Origin: Candidatus Kapaibacterium sp.
Lineage (GTDB): Bacteria; Bacteroidota; Ignavibacteria; Kapaibacteriales; UBA2268
Direction of reading: 5' to 3'
Length of the DNA: 64,000 nt
NCBI GenBank assembly: GCA_963665665.1
Contig: OY762428.1
Span: 1,664,001 to 1,728,000 of the forward strand
The notes under the pieces were generated by a model. The model was not told the DNA's origin. It did no database searches and saw only the letters and a list, made by a program, of their open reading frames with translations. This document shows, piece by piece, positions 36,960 through 46,811 of the stretch (its first letter is position 1; each line of letters begins with the position of its first letter). The translations under genes were made by a program, and so were the position numbers.

Positions 36960-37440
36960 TTGTCATTCTGACGGAGCGAAGCGACCGAAGAATCCATCTT
37001 TGTTTGCAGATAATGTATAAAGAATGGATCCTTCGCTTCGCTCAGGATGACATGCAGTTTTACCATCGTCAAGTTCAATAGCCACGTGCTTTAGCTCGTG
37101 GGTAAAGATGCAAGGTGCAGAGGCAAAGAAAAAGAACCCACCCCAGCCTGTCCCGACTTGTCGGGAACTCGCTGCGCTCGCCACCCCTCAACGAGGGGAA
37201 TTTTCCGGAAGTCCACCCCCGCCCTTTCCCGACACGTCGGGCCAGCGGGGGTTATAAAGCCTCCTTCCCAAGTTGTACCTGGGAAGGAATATTTTCTGCA
37301 AAGTTCTACTTTGGAATTGAGAAGCTCAGCTTCAAAAGAAAACTGCATTACGAAGTACAACTTCGTAATGAGGGGGAAATCCATCTTACTTACAGAAAAT
37401 GTATAAAGAATGGATACTTCGCTCCGCTCAGTATGACATT
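36960..37440. repeat. Cluster of several REP-like palindrome families right of array B
   Basis: TGTCATTCTGA..GCGAAGCGA...TTCGCTTCGCTCAGGATGACA, TCCCGAC-tt-GTCGGGA, CCCGACACGTCGGG (also at 28090), CCTTCCCA..TGGGAAGG, CATTACGAAG..CTTCGTAATG and CTTCGCTCCGCTCAGTATGACA. Confidence 0.75.
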
Positions 37441-37662
37441 CCATACGCCGCCGGGGGACAGGTGAAATCACAAAGTATGAATTTACATGGATTCTAATTT
37501 CTGTGTTATATCCTTTTTCATTTTCAACTTAATTCTCCGTGTTTCACGTAGAAAAAATCCGAGTAATCCGCATATCAAATTCAGAATTACCCTAATTGTG
37601 CTGCCTTATAATTATTGATATTATGCAGGAAATGACGTTGTTACACTTTAATAAAGATTTCT

Positions 37663-38349
37663 ATGAAATTCAAAACATTACTTCTTGTTTTTGCTTCATT
37701 GATAATTGCTGTTGCGAAACCGGTAGCAGCACAGGAATTAACGCCGGGCGCCGACCTTGTGAGCAGGTATGTATGGCGCGGACTCGACTTTGGTTCTTCT
37801 CCTGCTATTCAGCCGGGACTGACATTTTCGTATGGTGATTTTTCTATCGGTGCCTGGGGCTCGCTTACAATCAACGATAATAAGTTTCAGGAACAGGACA
37901 TCTTTGTTTCTTATACTATTGCAGATATGTTCTCGGTTACTGTTACTGACTACTTCTTCCCGAATGATGATGTAGCAATGAATAATTATTTTGAATATGA
38001 TGAAGATATTACCGGCCATATCCTGGAAGCCACTGTCAAATTTGAAGGAACGGAAAATCTTCCTGTTTGGGCGGCTTTCAATGTGAATTTCTGGGGCGCT
38101 GATCCTGATAATTCAATGTATGTTGAGCTTGGATACAAAGGAAAGATCAAGGACAATTCCTTCGATGTATTCCTTGGTGCAACAACTGATGCCGGAGTTT
38201 ACGGGCATACAGCAGGTGTTGTTTATTTTGGTATAACCGGGTATAAGGATATCAAGATATCAGAATCCTTCAGCCTTCCGGTATTTTGCAGATTTATTAC
38301 TAACCCGCAGAACGAAAACGTACACCTTGTGTTTGGTATGAGTCTATAA
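37663..38349 (+). CDS. Outer-membrane beta-barrel protein (TorF-like putative porin)
   Basis: Signal peptide, ADLVSRYVWRG..., PAIQPG and GAWGS; upstream of amt. Confidence 0.7.
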   Translation: MKFKTLLLVFASLIIAVAKPVAAQELTPGADLVSRYVWRGLDFGSSPAIQPGLTFSYGDFSIGAWGSLTINDNKFQEQDIFVSYTIADMFSVTVTDYFFPNDDVAMNNYFEYDEDITGHILEATVKFEGTENLPVWAAFNVNFWGADPDNSMYVELGYKGKIKDNSFDVFLGATTDAGVYGHTAGVVYFGITGYKDIKISESFSLPVFCRFITNPQNENVHLVFGMSL

Positions 38350-38383
38350 GTGAATTATTTAAACTATCGATTGGAGAATTAAA

Positions 38384-39598
38384 TTGGATACAGGAACAAC
38401 CGCTTTTATGATACTGGCCACGAGCCTTGTAATGTTAATGACCCCGGGACTTGCTTTCTTCTATGGCGGACTTGCCGGAAAAAGAAATATTCTTGGAATT
38501 ATGATTCAGACCTTTGTTTCTCTTGGTATAACTACAATATTGTGGGTAGCAGTTGGTTATTCACTTTCCTTCAGCGGCGGTGAAGGTGGAATTATAGGAA
38601 ATTTAGATAAAATGTTTCTCAACGGAGTAGCATTCGATCAGTTATTCGGGGGCCCGGACGGTAAATTCCCCGAGTATATCTTTATTGCTTATCAGATGAT
38701 GTTTGCCATAATCACTCCTGCTCTGATAACAGGGGCGTTTATCAACCGGGTCACGTTCAAATCATACCTGATATTCCTTGTTGCCTGGCAGATATTAGTT
38801 TATTACCCGTTTGTGCACATGATCTGGGGCGGCGGACTCCTTGCAGAATGGGGAGTACTTGATTTTGCAGGCGGTATAGCAGTTCATACAACAGCCGGTT
38901 TCGCAGCTCTTGCTTCAGTGATTTACGTAGGTAAGCGCCGTGACACTAACGCTCCTCCGAACAGTATTCCGCTGGTAGCTATCGGTACCGGACTTCTGTG
39001 GTTCGGATGGTATGGCTTCAATGCAGGCAGCGAGCTTGCAGTGGATTCTATCACAACTCTTGCATTCTTAAATACTGACGTAGCCGCATCATTTGCAGCC
39101 ATTACATGGATGGTAATTGAATGGGCACGCGAACGTAAACCAAAATTTGTAGGCCTGCTGACGGGTGCAGTTGCAGGATTGGCAACAATTACTCCTGCAG
39201 CAGGATTTATCAGCCTGCCAATGGCTATTGTTCTTGGTATCCTTGCCGGAGCAGTATGTTATATTGCCGTACAGCTTAAGAATAAACTTGGCTGGGATGA
39301 TGCCCTTGATGTTTGGGGTGTTCACGGTATTGGTGGTGTACTTGGTTCTATACTTCTTGGTGTTTTTGCTTCATCAGCGATAAACGGCCAGGCAGGCCTG
39401 CTGGAAGGCGACAGTATGTTCTTTATTAAGCAGGTTGTTGCAGTAGTGGTAGCTGCGGCTTATGCGTTTATATTTACATATATCATGCTCGTGATAATTA
39501 ACTTTATCACTCCTGTAAAAGTTGGTGAATCCGAAGAAACACTCGGCCTCGATGAGTCTCTCCACGGAGAAAAAGCTTATGACGAAGGCGCCTTATAA
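38384..39598 (+). CDS. amtB: Ammonium transporter
   Basis: LMTPGLAFFYGG, YQMMFAIITPALITGA, DFAGG..VH, LWFGWYGFNAGS and DDALDVWGVHG; TTG start after GGAG. Confidence 0.95.
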   Translation: MDTGTTAFMILATSLVMLMTPGLAFFYGGLAGKRNILGIMIQTFVSLGITTILWVAVGYSLSFSGGEGGIIGNLDKMFLNGVAFDQLFGGPDGKFPEYIFIAYQMMFAIITPALITGAFINRVTFKSYLIFLVAWQILVYYPFVHMIWGGGLLAEWGVLDFAGGIAVHTTAGFAALASVIYVGKRRDTNAPPNSIPLVAIGTGLLWFGWYGFNAGSELAVDSITTLAFLNTDVAASFAAITWMVIEWARERKPKFVGLLTGAVAGLATITPAAGFISLPMAIVLGILAGAVCYIAVQLKNKLGWDDALDVWGVHGIGGVLGSILLGVFASSAINGQAGLLEGDSMFFIKQVVAVVVAAAYAFIFTYIMLVIINFITPVKVGESEETLGLDESLHGEKAYDEGAL

Positions 39599-39631
39599 TA
39601 TTTAAATTTCAAAACTTGACCTCTGCAATTT

Positions 39632-39667
39632 AGGAGCAGTCAGCCTTAGGGCCCTGCTCCTTTTTTT
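39632..39667 (+). terminator. Intrinsic terminator after amt
   Basis: AGGAGCAG...CTGCTCCT followed by a T-tract. Confidence 0.7.
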
Positions 39668-39729
39668 ATTTTATAAGTTCAAGGAATAATAATCCCGGAA
39701 TTGCATGGAAAAATGTATGAAAGCCAAAA

Positions 39730-40143
39730 TCATCCTCGGGCAATAAGCCCATAAGATTCCTTTATCCTGCCAAGCAACACTTCGTCTACCTCGGAGATTT
39801 CTTTTATTACAGCAGCATGAAAAACTCTTTTGCCACTAATCTTTACAGATTTTAAAATTCTCGGGTCATTCCATTCTTCCGGCAGTTGAAACTCAAGTTC
39901 AACCTTGTCTTTTTTTATTTTCAAAGATAAAAAAACAGCCCCGGAGCGAAATTGAATCGAGGATTTTACCGGAATAACTTCAATTTCACCAAATTCTGCA
40001 CAACGATCAAGCAATGCATGAAATATTTCTCTAATTTCATCCGGGCGTTTAGCAAGATGATCCTCAATGCCAACAGTATAGCATGAATGCCACTGATTTT
40101 TATTTCTGAACTCGCGTCCGCATTTATTGCATATCCAAACCAA
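39730..40143 (-). CDS. DUF5655-like protein with N-terminal CxxC
   Basis: WICNKCGREF.NKNQWHSC and C-terminal EVDE.L...IKESY. Confidence 0.65.
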   Translation of the reverse strand: MVWICNKCGREFRNKNQWHSCYTVGIEDHLAKRPDEIREIFHALLDRCAEFGEIEVIPVKSSIQFRSGAVFLSLKIKKDKVELEFQLPEEWNDPRILKSVKISGKRVFHAAVIKEISEVDEVLLGRIKESYGLIARG

Positions 40144-40146
40144 TGC

Positions 40147-40620
40147 CTATCCTTTGCTTAGTACCATATCAACAAATTCGGCAGGCATAGAAGATTTTTC
40201 AACAATTTCATCTCTGCTCAGTCCCCGGGTATTCAATCTGATTACAACACTATTCATAGTTTCCCCTATTTCCACTATATGCCCGTCGGGGTCGAATATG
40301 CGGATTACTCTTTGCCCCCAGGGCTGTTCCCGCAGCCTGTGCAAATATTTTATACCGGATTTTCTAAGTTTTTCATCAATCTCTTCAGGATTATCTGTCT
40401 CGAAATACAATTCGTGGTTATATGAACAATCACTTCCTGATACCTTAGCGCCTGTTATTTTGCCAAAATGTTCGTCCAGGTGAATTGCAAACCCTCCGAC
40501 AAAGGAAATATTTTCCCCGTGATCAAATTCCACCTTCTGACCAAGAATTTTTTCATAAAACACACGTGAAGCGGAAATGTCTGAAACTGTAATCAATGCA
40601 CATTTATAATTCAAATACAT
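40147..40620 (-). CDS. VOC/glyoxalase family protein
   Basis: VSDISASRVFYE.ILG, ELYFETD and EQPWGQR...FDPDGHIVEIGE motifs. Confidence 0.9.
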   Translation of the reverse strand: MYLNYKCALITVSDISASRVFYEKILGQKVEFDHGENISFVGGFAIHLDEHFGKITGAKVSGSDCSYNHELYFETDNPEEIDEKLRKSGIKYLHRLREQPWGQRVIRIFDPDGHIVEIGETMNSVVIRLNTRGLSRDEIVEKSSMPAEFVDMVLSKG

Positions 40621-40746
40621 GCTAACTCCAAATATTTTTTAATTAAATTATGATAAAATATTAAGAACGAAAAAATTTTTTCTAAAAAACTTAAAATTAA
40701 TAAAATATAATTTTTAATATTCTCCTAATTTATTTATATTAGTTCT

Positions 40747-40852
40747 GTCGTCAATGACGACTGAAAACAGAACCTAAAAATTTTCACCTTCGGGTGAAGA
40801 GCCTCATAAATAACCCTATAAATGTTGGACCCCGGTTTTCCGGGGTTTTTTT
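40747..40852 (+). ncRNA. Candidate small RNA or leader with three hairpins ending in a terminator
   Basis: GTCGTC-aat-GACGAC, TTCACC-TTCG-GGTGAA (cUUCGg) and ACCCCGG-tttt-CCGGGGT plus T-tract. Confidence 0.45.
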
Positions 40853-40918
40853 ATTTCTGAAAAGCTCATATCAATTTTTTATATTTGTGTATTGTTAAAT
40901 TGATACAGCGGAGATTTT

Positions 40919-42016
40919 GTGTCTGACAATGGACAAACAAATTTTCTTATTGCCGGCGGGGGCACCGGGGGGCATCTTTTTCCGGCTATGGCAGTAGGCC
41001 AGAGCCTGGAGCAGCTGCTCGGCGGAAAAGCAAAGTTAATATTTGCAGGCAGCAGGGAACGTATGGAATCCGAGATCGTTCCCCGCGCGGGTTACGAGTT
41101 TCATGGTATGGATATAAGCGGACTCACAAAATTATTATCGTTGAATACGCTGCAATTACCTTTTAAAATATTCAATGCCATGCGCCAATGCAGAAAAATT
41201 ATTCGTGATATTAATATTAAAGCTGTTATTGTTACCGGAGCATATATCAGCTATCCTCCGGGCCTTGCAGCATATAAAGAAAACGTACCGCTATTTCTTC
41301 TGGAGTCGAACGTTAACCCGGGCAAGACAATAAAAATGCTTTCACCGAAAGCAAAAGCCATCCTGACAAGCTTTGACGAGAGCGCTGAGTTTTTTCCAAA
41401 TGAAGTAAGGCAGAAAATACATCCTTTCGGGAATCCCGTCAGAAGCAATATTGGCAATTCAGCAGACAGGCAGGCAGCACTGAAACAATTTGGTTTCAAT
41501 GATAAAAAACCTTTATTGCTTGTTTTTGGCGGAAGCCTCGGGGCTGCTTCAATAAACTCTGAAATTGAAAAACTCATCTCGCAAATTTCAGAATTAAATA
41601 TAAATATGCTCTGGCAAACAGGAAAAAATTACATACCTTCTGTTGATATTCCGGACTTCATTCGCCAAACTACTTTCATTGACGATATGGCAGCAGCTTA
41701 TGCTGCCGCGGACATGGTTATTTCCAGGTCAGGAGCTACGACGGTTGCGGAACTGTGCCTTGCCGGGAAGCCGTCAATACTTATTCCATATCCGGGTGCG
41801 GCTAATAACGAACAGGAAAACAATGCGAAAGTACTATCCGAACGAGGTGCTTCTATATTAATCCGTGATAATGAATTATCCGTAAAACTTCAGGGTGCGA
41901 TAACTAAAACAATGAAGGATCAGGTACTGAGAAATGATATGGCTGCAATTGCAAAATCAATATCAAAACCAAATGCATCTGTTGATTGCGCCAATTTCAT
42001 TTTAAATTCAATTTAA
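40919..42016 (+). CDS. murG: Undecaprenyl-PP-MurNAc-pentapeptide GlcNAc transferase MurG
   Basis: AGGGTGGHLFP, GNPVR, FGGSLGA and SRSGATTVAE motifs. A TATATTTG motif lies upstream at ~40880. Confidence 0.95.
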   Translation: MSDNGQTNFLIAGGGTGGHLFPAMAVGQSLEQLLGGKAKLIFAGSRERMESEIVPRAGYEFHGMDISGLTKLLSLNTLQLPFKIFNAMRQCRKIIRDINIKAVIVTGAYISYPPGLAAYKENVPLFLLESNVNPGKTIKMLSPKAKAILTSFDESAEFFPNEVRQKIHPFGNPVRSNIGNSADRQAALKQFGFNDKKPLLLVFGGSLGAASINSEIEKLISQISELNINMLWQTGKNYIPSVDIPDFIRQTTFIDDMAAAYAAADMVISRSGATTVAELCLAGKPSILIPYPGAANNEQENNAKVLSERGASILIRDNELSVKLQGAITKTMKDQVLRNDMAAIAKSISKPNASVDCANFILNSI

Positions 42017-42093
42017 TAACAATGGAATTAATATTTAGATTTCTCAGGAATTTTTAATATTATTATATATATTGATTTTATTGAAACAGAAAA

Positions 42094-42609
42094 ATGACAT
42101 CAAAAACAGACAATCAGAAATTAAAAGAAAAACGTTTCGACCAGAGACTTGATTTCTACTGGCAGTACCTTTCTGTTTATGCTATTATTCTTGTTGCATA
42201 CAGCATATTGAAAGGTTCGATAAAAGAAGGTTCTATAACTATTGCAGTAAGCGACCCAATCGTTATCCTGCTTTCAGCCCTGGTTATCTTTTCATTGGTT
42301 TCCCTGCTTTATAACCTGTATAAAAGGCGATCGATAACAACCGGCCCTGACTATATAATATTTCACAGCCGTTTCGGAACCAAACAATTCTTTCTGAAGG
42401 ATATTAAATCCATTTCCGTAGGCCGGGAAAAAATGATAAAAGTTCGCAGGGGAATGTATAAAGTAATCAGGATGAGAGTTGCAAGCCGCAGAATGGCTAT
42501 CAGGATCAGGCCATCACTTTTTTGGAAAGAACTGAAACTTGTCGAGGAAATTGCCAGGCTAAAAAAAGATCTAAAAAAATTATCCTCCGAAAATGCAGGC
42601 CATCATTAA
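42094..42609 (+). CDS. Hypothetical membrane protein (2 TM plus basic soluble domain)
   Basis: 171-aa ORF with two hydrophobic segments; overlaps the next ORF. Confidence 0.65.
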   Translation: MTSKTDNQKLKEKRFDQRLDFYWQYLSVYAIILVAYSILKGSIKEGSITIAVSDPIVILLSALVIFSLVSLLYNLYKRRSITTGPDYIIFHSRFGTKQFFLKDIKSISVGREKMIKVRRGMYKVIRMRVASRRMAIRIRPSLFWKELKLVEEIARLKKDLKKLSSENAGHH

Positions 42610-43240
42610 AATATTATTTCATTCATCAACAAACCGGGCAAGAATTCACGGCCTGTTAATTCTTATAGCAATTTTATTTTGCATATCATCACCATATTTA
42701 TCTGCTGATGAATTAAATTTACCCCCTGCCAGGCACATTGCAGATTCCGTTCTTAGTGAAGGATTCACTGAAATTCTAAAACGCAGCGGCCTGAGTGCCG
42801 GAGATACTATCTCGGTAAAAGATATTGGCAAAGGCTCCAATATATATATCGTTTTCAAGCTGGAACATTTTTTACAGGAAAAAGGTATTTTTATTAATAA
42901 GAATCCTGAAAAAAAATACCCCGAATTCAGATTACTGGTCGATAATTTTGGGTTTCAATATGAAAACACCGATGACCCGGACAATATTCAACGGAAATTT
43001 GAACTCGGATTAAGCTTCTCCCCCACCAACTACTCAGCTATTGATGATATTAATTTTGAATCAACTGATACAATACCAAGGCTTTTTTATTTTCAGGAAA
43101 AGCATTACCAGCATCCTTATTCTAATGGCAAACTACCTGAACCCGACGGTTCATTCTGGGATGAAATTGCCGAACCGGCTTTAGTTATATCAGCCGCGGT
43201 TATCAGTGTTATTACCTTATTCTCAGTCAGGTCAAAATAA
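42593..43240 (+). CDS. Hypothetical exported protein with C-terminal hydrophobic anchor
   Basis: Signal-like segment and C-terminal EPALVISAAVISVITLFSVRSK. Confidence 0.65.
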   Translation: MQAIIKILFHSSTNRARIHGLLILIAILFCISSPYLSADELNLPPARHIADSVLSEGFTEILKRSGLSAGDTISVKDIGKGSNIYIVFKLEHFLQEKGIFINKNPEKKYPEFRLLVDNFGFQYENTDDPDNIQRKFELGLSFSPTNYSAIDDINFESTDTIPRLFYFQEKHYQHPYSNGKLPEPDGSFWDEIAEPALVISAAVISVITLFSVRSK

Positions 43241-43245
43241 TCAGG

Positions 43246-44646
43246 TTAGTTTTTCTTTTTCCTGTATTGCTGTACGTTTATCCCGTACTTCCTGATCTTA
43301 TTATGTAATGTTTCCCTGCTGATACCCAAAATAGCAGCGGATTTGCTTACATTGCCACGACAGCTTTCCAGAGTGGATTCAATTTTTTTCTTATCCGTTA
43401 GCTCGATGTCTTCCTTAAGAGTCCTGCTGTTTGACAGAACCGTAACCTGTGGCTCAACTTTAACTTTTGAATGTGTGCCCGACTGAATAATCTTAGCAAT
43501 ATCAGCGGCTTCTATCTGGTCTTTATGAACAGTCTGAAGCACAACCCTGATAACACTCGCCAGTTCCCTGACATTTCCGGGCCACTTTTGTTCCTGGAGA
43601 AACTCTATAGCACCTGGTGCGAAGAACTTACCTTCATCATAATCACGGTTGTGCCCTTCAAGATAATAAAGTACTATGTCAGGAATATCATCAAGTCTTT
43701 CTGCCAAAGGAGGCAGGTAAATTTCACATTCGCGAAGGCGGTGATATAATTGCTCACGAAATTTCGAATCTTTCATTGCGCTAATAAGGTCTCTGTCGGT
43801 TGCCGATACAAACCTGATATCAACTTCCTCGGGTTCGACAGCTCCAACCCTACGAACCATCCTTTCCTCGATAGGAAGAAAGAGATTTGATTGCAGATCT
43901 AAGGAAAGATCGCCAATTTCATCAAGGAACAATGTTCCCTTGTTTGCCTTGTGGAACAATCCTTTTTTTGTATCGGTAGCGCCCGAAAAGGATCCTTTAT
44001 TATGGCCGAACAATTCGCTCTGGAACAATTCTCTTGGAATATTCGGAATATCAACTGTTACGAACGGGGACTTTTTCCTCCTGCTTACGGCATGTATTGC
44101 TTTTGCAACAAGTTTTTTACCGGTGCCTGTTTCTCCTGATACCAGAACATTCAGATCAGTTCTCCCGTAACGAATGATATTATCGCCAACATTTATCATG
44201 GCTTTGCTTTTAGCTATGATACCCTGTGAAGCCAGAAAATTAGCTATTTCCCGTTCTTCGCCACGGGCTCCTATCTTTTCGCTGGCAGTATCAAATACAG
44301 CTTTTAGCTTATCGCTGCTTACCAGGCTTTTCTCGATAAAATTCATAGCTCCAAGCTTTGTAGCCCGCACAGCAGTTTCAATAGTCCCTTTTCCGGAAAT
44401 CATTACCACGGGGACAGCAGGATTTCTCTTTCTTATACCCTCAAGAACATCAAGCCCGTTCATTGAAGCATCCGGGCCGAATTCAATATCGAGAAGAATC
44501 AAATGTATATTATTCTTATGATTACTCATATAAGCAACAGCTTCCTCGGGGACGTTCAATATCCTTGCATCATGACCGGACGACTGAACTATGTCAGCTA
44601 TCGTGGTGCAGAAATCTATACTATCGTCAACAATTAAAACATTCAT
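43246..44646 (-). CDS. NtrC-family sigma-54-dependent response regulator (REC-AAA+-HTH)
   Basis: IVDD, LLDI, GETGTGK, SELFGHNKGSFSGA, LFLDEIGD, WPGNVREL and Fis-type HTH. Confidence 0.92.
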   Translation of the reverse strand: MNVLIVDDSIDFCTTIADIVQSSGHDARILNVPEEAVAYMSNHKNNIHLILLDIEFGPDASMNGLDVLEGIRKRNPAVPVVMISGKGTIETAVRATKLGAMNFIEKSLVSSDKLKAVFDTASEKIGARGEEREIANFLASQGIIAKSKAMINVGDNIIRYGRTDLNVLVSGETGTGKKLVAKAIHAVSRRKKSPFVTVDIPNIPRELFQSELFGHNKGSFSGATDTKKGLFHKANKGTLFLDEIGDLSLDLQSNLFLPIEERMVRRVGAVEPEEVDIRFVSATDRDLISAMKDSKFREQLYHRLRECEIYLPPLAERLDDIPDIVLYYLEGHNRDYDEGKFFAPGAIEFLQEQKWPGNVRELASVIRVVLQTVHKDQIEAADIAKIIQSGTHSKVKVEPQVTVLSNSRTLKEDIELTDKKKIESTLESCRGNVSKSAAILGISRETLHNKIRKYGINVQQYRKKKN

Positions 44647-44718
44647 TCAATTCATCCTGAATAATACTATAATAGTTCGCCGGGGAAACAGCTCATCCTG
44701 AATCTCAAAAATAACAAA

Positions 44719-45177
44719 TCATCTAATATTTTCTACATAAATTTCAGGTATAAGGACTAATAAGGAATCAAATAATTTTTGAAATTCTTCATTTCCGACA
44801 TTTTTGTGATTTGGATTCCAAACAGCCCTCATCCTGACATTTAAATCGGGATTAATAAACTCGATAAAACGGTTAGTATCAGCCGGAACATTCAAGGCTT
44901 GTGTTTTTAGCAATAAGGCCTGAACTTTCGACTTAAATTCACAAAAATACTCACGTTCCATTTGTAATACTTCTTTATTGCCGGGTATACTTGTTATAAC
45001 TCCGAGGGAGTTAATATCAAATCCTGTTACTTTCTTTTCGGCAGCAATGTAATTCCCCCAGCGAATTTTCAGATTTTTTTCCTTTTCCGAAATACAATCC
45101 GGAAATTGCGGTGTACAGGAAATAAACATTGCACTAAGCAGAAATGCAGCAAATATCTTTATATATATCAATTTCAT
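44719..45177 (-). CDS. Hypothetical lipoprotein
   Basis: MKLIYIKIFAAFLLSAMFISC lipobox; starts just after the gltX stop. Confidence 0.65.
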   Translation of the reverse strand: MKLIYIKIFAAFLLSAMFISCTPQFPDCISEKEKNLKIRWGNYIAAEKKVTGFDINSLGVITSIPGNKEVLQMEREYFCEFKSKVQALLLKTQALNVPADTNRFIEFINPDLNVRMRAVWNPNHKNVGNEEFQKLFDSLLVLIPEIYVENIR

Positions 45178-45181
45178 TTTA

Positions 45182-46642
45182 TTAACCGTGCTTTTCAAGA
45201 AAAGTTTCCATTCTGCGAATACATTCATCCTTGCCAAGAACTTCCATTGTCTCGAACATACCTGCCCCGACTGATTTCCCGGTTATCATCAATCTTAGCG
45301 GATGGATTACCGGCTTGAAACCAATCTCGTTTTCTTCAAGATACTGTTTGGTCAGGGTATGAGCAGCTTCATGGTCGAACTTTTGCATTGCCCTGAATCT
45401 TTCCATTAATGGCCTGAGAAGATCAGCGCTTGTTTCTTTCCAGTGTTTATTGAAATATTTTTCCTCGTACTCTTCAATTTCAGCAAACATGTATGGAGCA
45501 AAATCAGGTATATCCTGAATAAATGATACTCTTTCCTTGAATAGTTTGATAACTTCTTCAAGATAGGAATCAGAATAATTGTCCTTTCCCTTATCAGCAA
45601 GTGTATCTTTAAGGATCGGAACGAGTTCTTTTTCAGTAAAGATTGTTCTAAGATATTGTTCGTTAAACCACTTCAATTTATTAAGATCGAAAATTGCACC
45701 GCCCTTGTTTACTTTTTCAATGTTGAACAATGAGATAAGTTCATCCATTGTATAAATATCCCTGTCGGCAGTAGGATTCCAGCCAAGCAGAGCAATGAAG
45801 TTTACGAATGCATCTTTCAGGTAGCCCTGATTCTTGAAATCTTCAACTGCAACAGAACCGTGCCTTTTGCTTAGTTTCTGCTTTTTGGAGTTCAGCAATA
45901 ACGGAAGATGAGCAAATTCGGGTATATCCCATCCGAATGCCTGATATAGAATCACGTGTTTGGGAGTTGAAGGCAGCCATTCCTCGCCACGGATTACATG
46001 ACTTATCTTCATCAAATGATCATCAACTACATTTGCCAGGTGATATGTCGGAAAACCATCCGATTTCAATAAAACCTGATCGTCAATATCTTTACCGTTA
46101 ACTGTTACGTCACCCCTGATCAGGTCGTGAAATTTAATATTCTCCATTGGCACTTTCAGCCTGACAACATATTTAGTTTCCGAATCAATAAGCTTTTTAG
46201 TTTCTTCTTCACCGAGAGTAAACTGATTTCTCATTGTGTCCCTGTCATACTTCGGATCTTTTTTCTCGGCCTGCTGTTTTTCACGCATGGCTGTAAGTTC
46301 TTCTCCGGTATCAAAAGCATAGTAGGCAAGGCCTTTATCAATAAGTTCATCAGCATATTTTTTATAAAGGCCAAAGCGTTCCGATTGAACATAAGGTCCG
46401 TAATCACCACCTAAAACCGGACTTTCGTCAAACTCTATACCTGCCCATTTCATAGATTGAATTAAATTGTCTGCTGCATTTTCAACCAGCCTTGTCCTGT
46501 CTGTATCTTCTATTCTTAAAATTACTTTACCATTATTATGCCTGGCAAAAAGATAATTATATAAAGCCGTACGCAAACCACCCACGTGCAGGTATCCTGT
46601 CGGGGATGGTGCAAATCTTACTCTTACGGACATATCATTCAC
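45182..46642 (-). CDS. gltX: Glutamate--tRNA ligase
   Basis: RFAPSPTGYLHVGG, LRIEDTD, HVIRGEEW and KLSKR motifs. Confidence 0.97.
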   Translation of the reverse strand: MNDMSVRVRFAPSPTGYLHVGGLRTALYNYLFARHNNGKVILRIEDTDRTRLVENAADNLIQSMKWAGIEFDESPVLGGDYGPYVQSERFGLYKKYADELIDKGLAYYAFDTGEELTAMREKQQAEKKDPKYDRDTMRNQFTLGEEETKKLIDSETKYVVRLKVPMENIKFHDLIRGDVTVNGKDIDDQVLLKSDGFPTYHLANVVDDHLMKISHVIRGEEWLPSTPKHVILYQAFGWDIPEFAHLPLLLNSKKQKLSKRHGSVAVEDFKNQGYLKDAFVNFIALLGWNPTADRDIYTMDELISLFNIEKVNKGGAIFDLNKLKWFNEQYLRTIFTEKELVPILKDTLADKGKDNYSDSYLEEVIKLFKERVSFIQDIPDFAPYMFAEIEEYEEKYFNKHWKETSADLLRPLMERFRAMQKFDHEAAHTLTKQYLEENEIGFKPVIHPLRLMITGKSVGAGMFETMEVLGKDECIRRMETFLEKHG

Positions 46643-46811
46643 CTGTAAAATTAATAAAAACCATGCAGCAGGAAATTGTTTCCGAAAACTGCTAATTCTC
46701 CGAACTTAAAATTACAAAATTTACATTTTTTTTCTAAATCTTATAATCAATAACCATAAAAAAAGGGATCTACCCATTATGAGTAAACCCCTTTTATAGT
46801 TATTTAAATTT

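Noticed and set aside
36821-37471. Short ORFs in the REP cluster
   Set aside because: They translate palindromic repeats (e.g. CHPERSEGS, VILSEAKDP), a typical spurious-ORF signature.
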